Positions 26,601-39,184 of a stretch of 64,000 bases of DNA are shown here, in pieces. Positions within the stretch are counted from its first letter, which is position 1, and the number at the start of each line of letters is the position of its first letter. The stretch covers positions 9,052,001-9,116,000 of the forward strand of contig CP075493.1 of NCBI GenBank assembly GCA_021613535.1, in the 5' to 3' direction. Both the position numbers and the translations under genes were made by a program. The notes beneath the pieces were generated by a model. The model searched no databases and was not told where the DNA came from. It worked only from the letters and a program-made list of their open reading frames with translations. The DNA comes from Adineta vaga. Taxonomy: Eukaryota > Animalia > Rotifera.

Positions 26601-26807
26601 CGACGATCTGGTCTCTATCGTGATATGTATGATTGTACAAGATTCTATTTTTGTACAACAAATGATCAGATATCCGATGGAACATTACTTCGTTATGATT
26701 TCATTTGTCCAACAAATTATGTATTTAGTATGTTAACATGCCGTTGTGAAACTAGACAAAGTCACATGTGTCATACATTATCGAAAACTGATTGTGTACT
26801 TTTATGA
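23624..26807 (+). CDS. GH18 chitinase-like protein with a degenerate catalytic motif, one N-terminal and two C-terminal CBM14-like domains
   Basis: RVCYITNWSQYRPG, IDPFMCTHIIYAYA, FDGVDVALEFP, VNLMTFDLYGPW, GIPTFGRSFTL, WIGYED, GVFIWSVDND. Two six-Cys modules C...GIHRDRTNCSIFYYC...CPPGLEFS...C and C...GLYRDMYDCTRFYFC...CPTNYVFS...C. Confidence 0.92.
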
Positions 26808-27325
26808 TTAATTAATATTTTATTTCTATTATTGATTGCATATATCTCAGATAAATAAAGCATGATTTTTATTTCGAAAGAAAAAAAAATGTATACGAAA
26901 ATGATTAGTAGAGAATACTTCAACGAGAAATGAGATTTAATATCAAATGACAAAATATAAATAAAAATACATACACTTTTCTTTTATCTATTCAAAGAAA
27001 AAAATAGATCTAAGATATGCATATGCACTACTGCACATCAAATACATTTATACATATATACATAGTAGTCGTTGTTGCTACAGTTTCGCTTCAATGCACA
27101 ATACAACGTGATGAACTTGACCTTTACAACTGTGCATATTCTCTTTTTTACTTGTCGATCGTTTACCGTGTCCATTATGATGTATATATAAATGTATATG
27201 AATAGGTACGAGAGAAAAGATTTATTACCTTGACTCATTGAAGCAATATGTTCAAAAAAATTTCAAATTTAAAACTTACCGAAACAGATTAAATATTCTT
27301 TTCTATTCAACATTGAATATTTATC

Positions 27326-29614
27326 ATGAATATACCCATGCAACCACCATTAAGATATCCATTCTATATGGAAAGACCACGGTTAACTTTAGGAAGTCCA
27401 TGGCCCACTATGCCATATCGTTTTCCTACGCGTCCTCAAACTCAATTACGGCCGGCATATCCGATAACTCATACGATAGCACCATTTGTTCTTCCTCAAT
27501 CGAAGAAACCTAATGTTTCACCATCACCATATACAAATACACGTTATCAACATTTAAAAAAATCGACTCATCATTCAAATCGACGTGCATTACAACGTTC
27601 ATATGAAATTCCAACACGATCTCATTATCATAATGAACCGGTCTACCTCGGCCTTATCGTTCGTCAAGAACGAAATCAATTTCTGAACTAGAACCAACAT
27701 CACAATTAATGTCAGCTCCATTGTCAAAAGCTCATTCATGGCATGCAATGATGAATCATCGTCGAGCTAATTTAAGTGTTGCTTATGCAAATGAATTGCA
27801 CATATCACCAAAACGACGTCGAAAACAGCCGTCAAAAAAACAGAGAAGACCTCCTCCACCACCAAGACCTCTGTCATCATTATCATCTGCGTCATTTAAA
27901 CGAAATCCATCATTGAATTCTCGACGAAAACGACCGAGAGAAATACCTGAAAGAGGTCCCGTTCGTATTTCGACATTAGATGAAATACCAATCAATAATG
28001 CTCAAATACAAAAACAAATACGTAGTATTAGTCATGAACGATTATCTACGAAAGGAAGTATATCTACATCGAGTGCACATCGTATGAAAAAAAAAGGTAC
28101 CAGTTCAATAAAAAATCAAAAAACTAAAACGAAAAACAATAATAATAATAATAATAGTAATGATGATGATGATGAAGAAGGTAAGAGTATCATTCAAATA
28201 TTTACAATATCTAATCATTAATTTGTTTTGATATTGAAAAGGAACAAATACAGATACAACTCATACATCTATATCAATTCGTAGTCGTTCATCAATACAA
28301 CAACGTCTTAATGGTTCATTACTTAATGATCCATTAATTAGTGCAGCAATCGATGATTTTCGTCAATATCGTCGATCATCCAGTCAAAATCTCTCAACAA
28401 TGTAAAAATTATTCTTTATTAAAGTTGAGTAAAATAATTCATCATGCGTTTTTTTAGTTCATCAACTCGAGATCGACGTCGTAATCGTTTACATTCAATT
28501 TCAACATTATCTTCAACATCCATTTCTCGTAGTCATAGTCAATCAAGTTTTACATCATTTGAACGTTCGGAAATTCGACATCTAATGCAAACAATGAAAA
28601 CAGAAGATAATAAGAAATTGCCGGGTACTTCACTTCAATCATCAACCTCTGAACAATCAATTCTATTCAGTTCTCCTTCATCAACCTCAATGACAAAACC
28701 ACAAAAATCTTGTATCACTGAAGAATTAGATCGTGAATTTAATAAATTACGTGCACTTGATCCTAATCGAGAAATAAGTTATGTTATACCATCGAAAATT
28801 TGTAAACGAAAAAAAACATTAGAGAAACCTGCATCAAATCTTCCACCTTCACCAACCTTCGATCAATTGCTACGACAGGTTCAATTACGTCCTGTTGATA
28901 GATCGACTAGATCAGTATGTTGTTTTCCATCGTATCACTCGTTTCATTCTTTGATCTCATCATATTATTTAGGTATCACCTGTTATTAAAGAACAGAAAC
29001 AACCTGAAGAAGAAGAAGAAGAAGAAGAATGTGTTTATGAAAATCCGTTTTCACCAATTCCTGTTCCATGTTGTAGTCCAATACCTTCAATCGAAATATC
29101 ACTCGAAGAAATAAAACATGAATATGCATTTCCTATAAAAAAAACTGAAGAAAGATCTCTACCACAAATATCACACTTTCAACCTGTTCGTAATTACACC
29201 TTTTCTAATCAAACCGAAGCTGATATTCCTGAAAAACGACTATCACGTCCTCTCTCCATGTTTAATTGGTTTCACAATACTCCTCCAACAAATCCAGTTT
29301 TAGCAACTTTTCAACCAAATCGAATTCTACAAAATCAAAATGAATATACACCAACAAATGTGAAAGAAAATATTTATACATCAGATATTGATGTCTATGT
29401 ACCAATATCAACTATTGAAAGAAATGATAATCCTTCACTTCAAATACATTTAGATAATCAAACAATTTTAACAGATGATTTCTATACAGATTATGAAACA
29501 AAATTACCAACACATTCATCATCAATCTTAAATGATTTTTCACATTTATTTGCACGCAAACATAAACATCAACATGGAATATCGAAAAAAAATCAACGTT
29601 GTTCGATTATGTAG
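27326..29614 (+). CDS. Orphan low-complexity Pro/Ser/Arg-rich protein with a WH2-like motif and C-terminal CAAX box
   Basis: Consecutive + ORFs joined by short GT-AG introns; the exon 1-2 junction is unresolved. Contains FDQLLRQVQLRPV and ends RKHKHQHGISKKNQRCSIM*. Confidence 0.7.
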
Positions 29615-29920
29615 TGAGAATGTTACTATTGATATTGATCATTTCTTTTTTCTTAGTGTTATCTGATTGTGAATAAAATTTTTCGATTCGATTCGATTCG
29701 TCGTTTTTCTCTCGAAATATATTTCGAAAACACAACTTCATCGATTGTCTTTGTTCTAATCAAACAATCTATAATCTAGTTGATGATAAATGACATTACA
29801 ATGACTTCGGAGAATAAAAAAGGACGAAAAAAAAAATATTATTGTGTATTGCATCATGATGTTGAAAGTATTATAATTTCAGCTGTCTTTCTTATTCATT
29901 CATATAATCTAACTGTTGAA

Positions 29921-30430
29921 ATGGAAGTCTATCTTTTACGTCATGCAGAAAGTGAATTCAATGTCGATCCAGTAAATAAAGATTTTATTGATTGTTCCAT
30001 TACTAACAACGGTCAACAACAAGCAGCAAGTCTTGATCTTACTCAACATTCATTTGATTTAATTCTTTGTTCGCCGTTACGTCGATGTCGTCAAACAGTT
30101 GAATATTCCTCTCTCTTAAAATCGACTTCACCACCCAAGTTTGAAATTTGTAATTTATTACGTGAACACATAAAAGAAAAAAGTGATCTTCTCGAAGGAG
30201 AACAGACAGACGTATTCCAAGAAGAAACAGATGAAAGTGTTGAAAAACGTATACATGAACTTAATGAATATTTATCAATGTTAAAATTAAACAATCCGTC
30301 AATTTATAGAAAAGCTTTATTGGTTTCTCATTCTGATTTTATATGGAAATTAACATCTTATGAATTTGAAAATGAAAAATTTGGTCAATGGTTAAAGAAT
30401 TGTGAAATGATTTTTTGGAAAACTTTTTAA
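29921..30430 (+). CDS. Histidine phosphatase (phosphoglycerate mutase-like), intronless
   Basis: MEVYLLRHAES, CSPLRRCRQT, LLRE, LLVSHSDFI, LKNCE: the canonical RH...SP..R...H motifs. Confidence 0.9.
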   Translation: MEVYLLRHAESEFNVDPVNKDFIDCSITNNGQQQAASLDLTQHSFDLILCSPLRRCRQTVEYSSLLKSTSPPKFEICNLLREHIKEKSDLLEGEQTDVFQEETDESVEKRIHELNEYLSMLKLNNPSIYRKALLVSHSDFIWKLTSYEFENEKFGQWLKNCEMIFWKTF

Positions 30431-31172
30431 AAGAAGAAACATACATACGCTCTTATGACAAAATAAATATATATCATGATCATGAAAATTATATTTGAAT
30501 GAATTATTCATCTTTACGTCGTCTTCTTCTCTCTCTAGCGCCTCATATATATCTTTGTCATTGGATGAAAAATGACTAATAGAAAATTTTTCCTTTCTGT
30601 CTTTCAATTCTCTGTCTATTGAATACCCTCCTCCATCACCGTACGTAGTACGAATCTGCAGACAAAAAAACAGACATGACTCACTTGGCGGAAGAAGTGC
30701 ACATATATAAATAACAATGGCGATACAACTGTGCTGGTCGCCATATTTTTTCGAGTGCTTTTGACGTACGAGGACATTTTTTTTCTTGACTCTTCTTTGA
30801 ATATGAGATTTCACTTTCTTACACATCATTTCGAAATTTTATCAATCTTGACTAATTGATTTTTTCACTTGTAAATTCAAAATTTCATTTTTTTTCATTC
30901 CTCTTCTTCTTCATTAAATTAATTCATTAACATGCTTATGCACTTAAATTTGAACAAAGATAAAACATAAGTGATTAAGAAAGAGAATGACTGTTCATAG
31001 AAAGACAAACATTCGAAAAAAAAAGTGACGTTGTCTCTCTTTTTATTGTTTTTGAGAAACCAACGCAACATGAGGAATTTTCCGATTATGAATAAATAGA
31101 TTTTTCTTTCGAATAAATTTATTTCATTTTTAGATTTCTTTCCATTTACGTACAAAAAATTTCTAACATAAA

Positions 31173-32454
31173 ATGCAATCTGTCGATGAATTTACACCAT
31201 CAACAACCGAGCCTGTATTCGGTAGTGGACTTATATCTCAAACAAAAAGTCAATCATCAACTAATAATGATAGTAATGGTAATGAAAATACTGTTCCATC
31301 ATCAGAATCAGTTGTTAATGGACAAAATGATAATAAAATGGAAACGAGCGAACCTATTACCAATGGTACAACAGAAAATACTAGTGCAAACGAATCATCA
31401 ATTGTACATGTCAATGGAAAAAATGAAAAATCAATTGTTGACGAAGTTCCAAAAGTTGTTACTGAAAAACCAACCGAAGTTGAACCAATGGTAACTGAAG
31501 CATCCAATCATGTTGATTCAACTATTTCATCGACTGAACCTGAACCGGCAATATCGACAACGGCTGATACCGCTATGGAAAGTTCATCAGCCGTAACGAG
31601 TACAGAACCACTTCCAATCATTGAAGAAGCAACAACAACAACAAAAACGACTACGGTATCATTAGTTGAAGAAGTACCATCCAATGGTACTGCTTCAGAT
31701 GCACCCGTAGCATCTGAATCAGAAACAAAAGAAGTAAAAGCGAAAGTAAGAGAAAAATGTTTTGTATTATGTACTATATTTCTTTTTGTTAATTAGACTC
31801 CTCGTGGTAGAGCTAAAGCACCTGTTGTAGCAACGACAACACCAGTACCAACACCAACACGTCAATCAACACGTGGTAGAAAACCGGCTGCATCTTCTTC
31901 AACAAATGCTGAAGAAAGACAATCTAATGATGATACTGATGCAACAACGACGACAACAACAATAACATCGAGTCAAGAGGAATCATCGAAACCGACAAAG
32001 CGACAAGCTGCTACAGTTGCTAAAGATGCAATAATAGCTAGTAATCAACCAAATTCAACATCTGGTGAATAGATATTTTAAATATTTAGAATAAAATATT
32101 GAGATATATTTCTTATATTTTATAGGCAGTAGCAATGCTGATGATGGAAATGATCAAGAAGTGATTCCATCGGATGGTGATGATGATGATGATGATGTAA
32201 CTGTAGGTAAAGGAAAGAAAGGTTCTCCAGTAGGACGTAAAAAACGTGGAGCATCAACTACAACAGCTAGTACAATTAAAAAAGGACGTGGTAAAAATTC
32301 CATAACATCATCAAATGATATTGATAATGGAGGAGAAACAAGTGAAGGTGAAGCAATTCAAAGTCCACCGAAGAAAGCACGAACAAGTGCTGCTAAAAAA
32401 ACACCCGAACCACCCAGTGAAGAATATGCACGAAAATTACGACCCAGAAAATGA
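31173..32454 (+). CDS. Intrinsically disordered protein: acidic Thr/Ser/Glu-rich N-half, basic C-half with GR motifs and NLS-like segments; 3 exons
   Basis: Exons ~31173-31745, 31798-32064 and 32126-32454. Motifs TPRGRAK, TRQSTRGRKP, GRKKRG, KKGRGK, SPPKKAR, YARKLRPRK*. Confidence 0.75.
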
Positions 32455-32566
32455 ACCAAAACCCATTAAATATGTCTGTATATGTTGAAATATCTCTTTA
32501 TTCTTGCTGCGCATTACTTTATTTGTCAAGGTCAATTCTATGACCTGTTAATTGTGTCTCTTTTTT

Positions 32567-32596
32567 CTTCTTCTTCTTCTTCTTCTTCTTCTTCTT
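32567..32596. repeat. (CTT)n microsatellite, about 10 units
   Basis: Perfect CTT tandem run downstream of the 31173-32454 gene; it explains the spurious poly-Leu ORF. Confidence 0.9.
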
Positions 32597-33652
32597 TTGT
32601 TCATGTATTATTCATTCGTGTATCTGATGCTTTTAGCTAGATATCTCTTTCTCTATATATATTCTATGTTCATTATCTTGTCGATGAATAGATGTCTTCT
32701 TCGTCGTTGTTTTGTCATTATGTTCTTTGAAAAATTCTAAACAAAAAAGTTTAAAGTCTTCTTGGAAAATACAGATAGGTCTTAATGTGGTTTTTCTTTT
32801 TTCTGTTTATTTCTTTTTCTTCTCATTTGTTGTTGCTGTTTTTTTTGTCATGTCATTCGATCTTTTTGCTATTAAGCAAGAGAGAAAAAAACGATTTTCC
32901 TTTTTTTCTTTGTTTTCTCTTGGTTGATTGTACCTTCGAGATTCTCTCATTTTAAAAATATGATGTAGATGATGAAGAATCAAAAGAAAAAGAGATATAT
33001 TCGACTAAAGCTACTCACTCATTCACTAGATTATGCAATGCATACACAGAATTCTTCCTATATCAAATATTGACATTTATAAGAACGATTGACAATTACA
33101 CGTTTTTTTTTGTGTTTGAAAAAGGAAATATTTGCGCACTGTAGGAGTTAAATCGATTATATCCTCTGTGAACCCCTACAGTGAACTTCTGATATAGCAT
33201 CCTATATATAGAAGGTAAGTGCAAAGGCAAGCATGACATTGTTACGATGAAATCAAACAAGCATTCATGTATTGATTTATCGAATCGACATAATTTGCAA
33301 TTGATAACAAATAGATTTTACTATGCTATCTATTACAAATAAGTATAGGAAGAAGAGGAAAGATTTCTATCATGTCGATAGTTGAAGTTATTCTAGAAAT
33401 AGGAGATGTATATTATTCTTATTTTATAAGATCTAATGATGTGACTTATTGACCGAAAATAATATATACATATAGTAATCTTCTCTATCAATCGATTGAT
33501 AATATTTTCTAGATTTAAACATATACGAGAATCAATGATAGTAATTAATGCATTAAAGACAACAATCTAACAACTGAATCTATTCTTATTACTATTATTT
33601 TGGAAAGAATCGCTTATATAAAGCAATTGACTATTGTTTCAGATAATTCATC

Positions 33653-34679
33653 ATGACAAGCAATGTATCAACAAACGAAGAAGTAATTACAGAATCATCG
33701 AGAACGAATTCATCTAAAAGTATACTCAAAACAAATAATATATTTTTCTTTGTACCAAATATAATTGGTGAGAAAATAAATTTATTGATCAAAATGGTTT
33801 TGTATGCATCAAAGTTCTTTTATTAAGGTTATGTACGTGTTTTTATTTCGATTGTATCATTTTATTTTATGTCATCACATCCATATATTGCAATAATATG
33901 TTATTTAACGAGTGAATTTCTTGATGCACTCGATGGACATGCTGCTCGAGCACTTAATCAATGTAAACATATGACTGAGAGAACCGTTTTCGCCTTGATT
34001 ATTTGGATAATTTAGGTACAAAATTTGGTGCTATGTTTGATATGCTTATTGATCGATGTTCAACAATGTGTTTGTGCTTTGTTTTGGCAATGTTCTATCC
34101 AAAATGGGCACTTTTCTTTCAACTTTGGGCAGCTATTGATATTGCTAGTCATTGGCTTCATTTACATGTGTAAAAATTCATTTGTACTCGTAAGATTCAA
34201 TCTGTGATATGAACGTTTGTTCTAGGGCGACTATCAAAGGTTCAGATAGTCATAAGAAAATAGATCTTTCCGGCAATCCTATTCTTCGTCTTTACTATAC
34301 ATCACGTGTATGTAGGAAAAAATAAGTTGAATACTTTCTCAATATTTCAGAAAACATCTCTTCATTTCTAGAAAGTTCTTTTTACTCTGTGTGCTGGTAA
34401 TGAACTTTGGTTTTCTATGATCTATATTCTTCATTTCAACGAAGGTCCTGCAGGTAGTGTAAAACAACGAATTCCGATTTTATATGTATCTTTATTAACC
34501 TATATTTAGTACTTTCATATGGAGATTATGTTGTCGGTCTCTGGCGCGTTCTTCTGTATAGTGTTACTCCAATTATGATTTTAAAACAAATTATCAGTTT
34601 AATTCATCTTTATACAGCTGCACTTGACATGGCTGCAATGGATGAAGCTGAACGAGAAAACACAATCAAAACAAAATAA
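33653..34679 (+). CDS. CDIPT: CDP-diacylglycerol-inositol 3-phosphatidyltransferase (phosphatidylinositol synthase)
   Basis: NIFFFVPNIIGYVR, LDALDGHAARALNQCTKFGAMFDMLIDR (CDP-alcohol phosphotransferase motif), DIASHWLH, SHKKID, LRLYYTSR, CAGNEL. Confidence 0.95.
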
Positions 34680-35120
34680 ACTCACAATTCATCTTCTTTT
34701 CTTTCGAAATGAATCTCAGTAGTTTGTAATCGAATAGCTATTGATTGCATATTTAGTAATGGACAGTTTTTCATATTGCTTTTTCTCGTACATGCATTTT
34801 TGACATATAGAATATAGAATAAATTTAATTGAGTCTCCTCTTAGTTTGTGATCTTAACTGTGAATGTAAAAAAGATAACATTGCTAGTACTTTGTTGTCT
34901 GTGCGAATCAACGAAAGAAGAATGGTCTATACACGCACATGTGTTTATAAAAAGAGTTGTTTATATTCTAGTTTTATCCTATCGTTTGTTTTTTCTCAGA
35001 CTGGGAAAAGTGAAATAAACTACCCTATATAAGTATAAATATAGAACTGAAGAATTTTAGTGATATGTGGTGCAAGTGAGAATAATTGAAATGAATTTTG
35101 TATTATTTTAGATTATCGTT

Positions 35121-36156
35121 ATGGAAGAATGGAATAAAAATGTTAAATTATTACGAATTTTGAATGATGATCATTCAGGAAAATTTGCAGCAATTGAAGG
35201 TGAAGTTGAAGACAAAGAAGGTGAAAAGAAATCAGCTGTCCTTCTTTTCGAAAAGACACCATTTCAATTCGATGATCTGAAGAAATTAATGCAAGATGAT
35301 GAACAACAATTTAAAGTCGATTTTATCAATGATGTCTATCATAAATATACAGTCGAAGCAAGAGCAGCATGCAATGGTATGTTCACACATTCTATACTAA
35401 GAAAAGTTCGATTGATATCGTAAACTTGAGACGAGATGAGATGATGAAACGTTTCTATGCAATATTTTAGATGTTAAACTAGCATATATTTATCCTGCAA
35501 CACCATTACATATAAAAAAATATTCGAAAAAAGAGTTTTCTCTCATAAATGAAACTCATCAACGTTACGAAACAATTGTTCGACCATATATCGAAAAAAA
35601 TCAACTTAATGCACAATGGGTTTATAATATCATCGATGGTAAATCTGAACGTGAACGAATTTTAATTGAAAATGATCAATTTATTGTTTTACCGGATATC
35701 ATGTGGGACGGCAAAGCTAATGATTCATTACATATCTTGGGTCTTGTTAAATCTCATGATATTCATAGTATACGAGATTTAAAACCTGAACATATTCCAT
35801 TACTTGAATCTTTACTTGAAACAACCAAAGTAAATCTTATTCTTTCTATTCAATTTGTTTGTTTTCCAAACTTAATTTAGGAATTTATTTCATCGAAATA
35901 TGGTATTTCATCGAAAACGATTCGTGCTTTTTTTCATTATCCACCTACATTTTATCATTTACATGTTCATTTTACGACTTTACAAAATCGCTTATGTGGT
36001 TGTGAAGTTGAACGTGCGCATCTCGTCGAAGATGTTATTGATAATTTAAAATTACAAAGTAATTATTATCAAATGAAAACATTATATTACAAAGTTGCGA
36101 TTAGTGATCCATTGTATGGATTATTAGAAGAAGATAAACAAGAAATGAATAACTAG
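35121..36156 (+). CDS. DCPS: m7GpppX scavenger decapping enzyme
   Basis: EKTPF, NDVYHKY, IYPAT..HIKKY, QWVYNIIDGKSE, LPDIMWDG, SIRDL, and the HIT motif HYPPTFYHLHVH. Three exons. Confidence 0.95.
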
Positions 36157-36277
36157 AATTCAATTACTGGAATGTATCAAGATCTTTTATTTATGAACAT
36201 CCAATCATTAAAAAAAAAGAAAACTAATCATAAAAAAAATGTTCTAACACGTGTATATGTGTTTGTTTTTCTTTCAT

Positions 36278-37146
36278 CTAAATACGAAACATCATGAATA
36301 AACCAGTAAAAAAGATCACTAATGACATCGAAATTGTTGATGTTGCTGCTGCATTTCGTGAATCATCATCACTGAAACCACCATTTTTTTTGCCTGAAAT
36401 TGTTCGATCAGAACCATTTTCATTTGGTGTATCAATTGCTTTCTTATATCCACCTAAGAAAGTTGTTGATTTGGTCAATGGTGGAAAGTTTTGAGCAATA
36501 ATTGCTGATTTTGTACCAGCTTAAAAAAAGAATTCAAATTCATTCGTCTGATTTTAAGTAGATCGTTTTATACTAACAATTGCATGTGGCAGTAAATTTA
36601 TTACATTGACGATCGTTAGAAGCATAGAACATGGTCATTTCGATACCATCATCTTCTTCATCCTCACATTCTTCTTTCATGAAAGTTGTAGCTGTATCGG
36701 CATTGATTTCAATTTCTTCCATATCAGCGAATTTATAGAGTGTTTTACTATCAGCACCGGTTGTTTTCATGGTTTCAATGAAAACAATATAGTTTCGATT
36801 GGCTGCTAAATAATGACATTCAGTTAAATTGGATACTTCCGCTAGAAACAAAAAAAAGAAGAAGATTTTTATTACGATAAATGAACTCCTTTAATTTATA
36901 CTAACGAAGTTGTGGAAGTTCAAGTTTGGCTGCAGTTAATGAACCTTTAAGTAAACATTTGATTGTAAATGAAACTAAGTTATTTCTAACTTCAGATGCT
37001 GTTCCATAAACAACAATAGGTGCAGCATCATATTTCCATTTGAAATCTTCTTGAGAATCGACTGATGAACCTGGACATTTTTCCGCTGCATGAATACTTA
37101 CTGCTGAAATGCAGAAGAATATAGCGATTGTTGCAATGAAATTCAT
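36278..37146 (-). CDS. Secreted, probably GPI-anchored protein with an NtA/TIMP-like (netrin-module) domain; 3 exons
   Basis: Signal peptide MNFIATIAIFFCISAVSIHA; CP...AAPIVVYGT...IKCLLKG...EC...NRNYIVFI; hydrophobic C-terminus NAAATSTISMSLVIFFTGLFMMFRI*. Confidence 0.6.
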
Positions 37147-37918
37147 ATTCTAGGGGAAAAAAAACGAAAACAACATATTTACATTTACGACCATTAATGT
37201 TTAACGAACTTGTTGAATGTGAAGAAAAGAATATCTATCGATATCTGTTTACTAGGTAAAGTAAATGAAAAAGTGTCGTGCTGAAAATGTTATCGATATC
37301 TCTCTTTTTCTATATTTGATTTCGAAAAGAAAAGATAGAGATATTCTGACCAGTTACAAATTATAGACGGCAGATTCGATTTGTTTTTTCTTTTATCTTT
37401 CTAGTGAAAGAATAGGCACTAGAAGATATATCATTCTTCGGATGTATGCAATCTTTGCTATCGAATTTGAATATACTATGGATATTGAATGATGAAACAG
37501 ACCACGTTACTTTTTTGATTATTTAGTTAACTTTTGTGAAGAATATACAAGATTTATTAATCTTAATAGATTATAACCCAAGAGAAAATGCTAATGAAGA
37601 AAAATAAACCTCGATCGAAGACTATAGTAAATCTTCTTTCGTGATGGTACTTAAGATATTCAATCAAATCATTTTAATTCATCATAATCATTTCTAAGCA
37701 ATAAAATTTTTTGTATAACTGACAAAAATAAACATTACACTAGTGATTATATTATTGAATGAATCAATCAACAAGTACTATCGAACAGACACATTATCAT
37801 TTACGTCTTTCCTTTTTTTTCCTTCTCACATATTGTTGCAAAGATTTTGTAACATCTGAAATAATAAAAATTCACGTCTATAGATGAATATATATATATA
37901 TATATATTTCTTTTCTTT

Positions 37919-38975
37919 TTACGAGAGTGCAACAAGTGCGACAAGAACAATTTCATAGACAATATAAAAACAAAAGTTTACTGTTCGTAATGATGCACGC
38001 GATAATGAACTGTTACCACGTAATTGTGATATTAAACGACGTGATTTACTACCGCCGGGATCTGAAAAAGAAGAAAAAATATTAAGTTTTATTCGTTCAA
38101 TTAACAAAAAATTCTTACATTGATTGACAATGATTTGAGCTGTTGCCATTAGATCATGTCCATAACGACATTTATATATTCCTGTATCATTTCGCGTTGC
38201 ATTTTTAATTATTAATGTCTCATATAAAATTCCATCTGTTGAAGAATAATTTGAACTTGATTCTGTTAGATTATTATCCAATAAATAATCATTACGTGTC
38301 CATTCAACATGAAAATTAACTTCATCGGAATCTTCAATGGAACGAATACGGCAAACGATTTGAATAGGTTCTTCTGAATTTGTATGAAGAAGATTCGGAA
38401 TAATTTCTATACATGAATTACCTAGAGAAGAAAAATGATAGATATTTTTTTGTTTTACTAATAAAGTAAAACATACTACGAATAGTGATATTATAACTTG
38501 TTTGAATATCATTTCCGGATTTACATAAATAATATCCTTCATCATCTTTTCTTATGCCAACAATTTCTAAATGACGATCTGTATTTTGCGTTCGAATCAT
38601 AAAACGTTGATCATCAATCAATTGACGATCACCCAAAATCAATGGTTGAGGATAGGCATTCTCATATAAACGAAACCACATAGTTGGTACCTTTAAAAAA
38701 CGATTCACTTGCTTACAAGATAAAGAAAATATTTCTCTTACTGTTGATGAAGAATTATTCTCAAATCCAATTGGACATGACAATGATACCGTTTCACTAC
38801 AATTAGCAACAATTACATGAGCATCAGGATAATGAGCATGAAAATCGGTTAAATAATACATTGAATAAGTGATGTTAATAAAAAATAATAGAATCGAGGA
38901 AACTAAAAGAATGATAATTAATTATTATAATGTAGGAATATTCTTTATAAAAATCTTACCTTTTAGAACAAACAT
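37919..38975 (-). CDS. Two-Ig-domain cell-surface protein (IgLON/Dpr-like architecture), probably GPI-anchored
   Basis: Spliced signal MFVLKVSSILLFFINITYS. Ig1 VSLSC...WFR...LEIVGIRKDDEGYYLC; Ig2 IVC...WTRN...LIIKNATRNDTGIYKC. Hydrophobic tail. Confidence 0.85.
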
Positions 38976-39184
38976 TTTAGTAGATCCATTTTATAATGTA
39001 TATTATCACATTGTTCATTATTATAATTCGCTTCCAGCTACGCGAGACATCTAAAATAAAATTTCATTGTAAGTTACTCAATTCTTTTCTTTCTTTCTCT
39101 CTTTTTTTGTCGTTCTGTATAATTCTTCTTTCGTAAATACGCACATATTTACCGACATTACTTTTACGACAAGCAAATTGAGAC

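Noticed and set aside
30392-31155. Minus-strand ORFs of 145 and 78 aa
   Set aside because: No motifs; the region looks like promoter/5'UTR of the 31173 gene.
32552-32927. Hydrophobic poly-Leu/Phe ORFs
   Set aside because: Produced by the (CTT)n and T-rich 3'UTR sequence.
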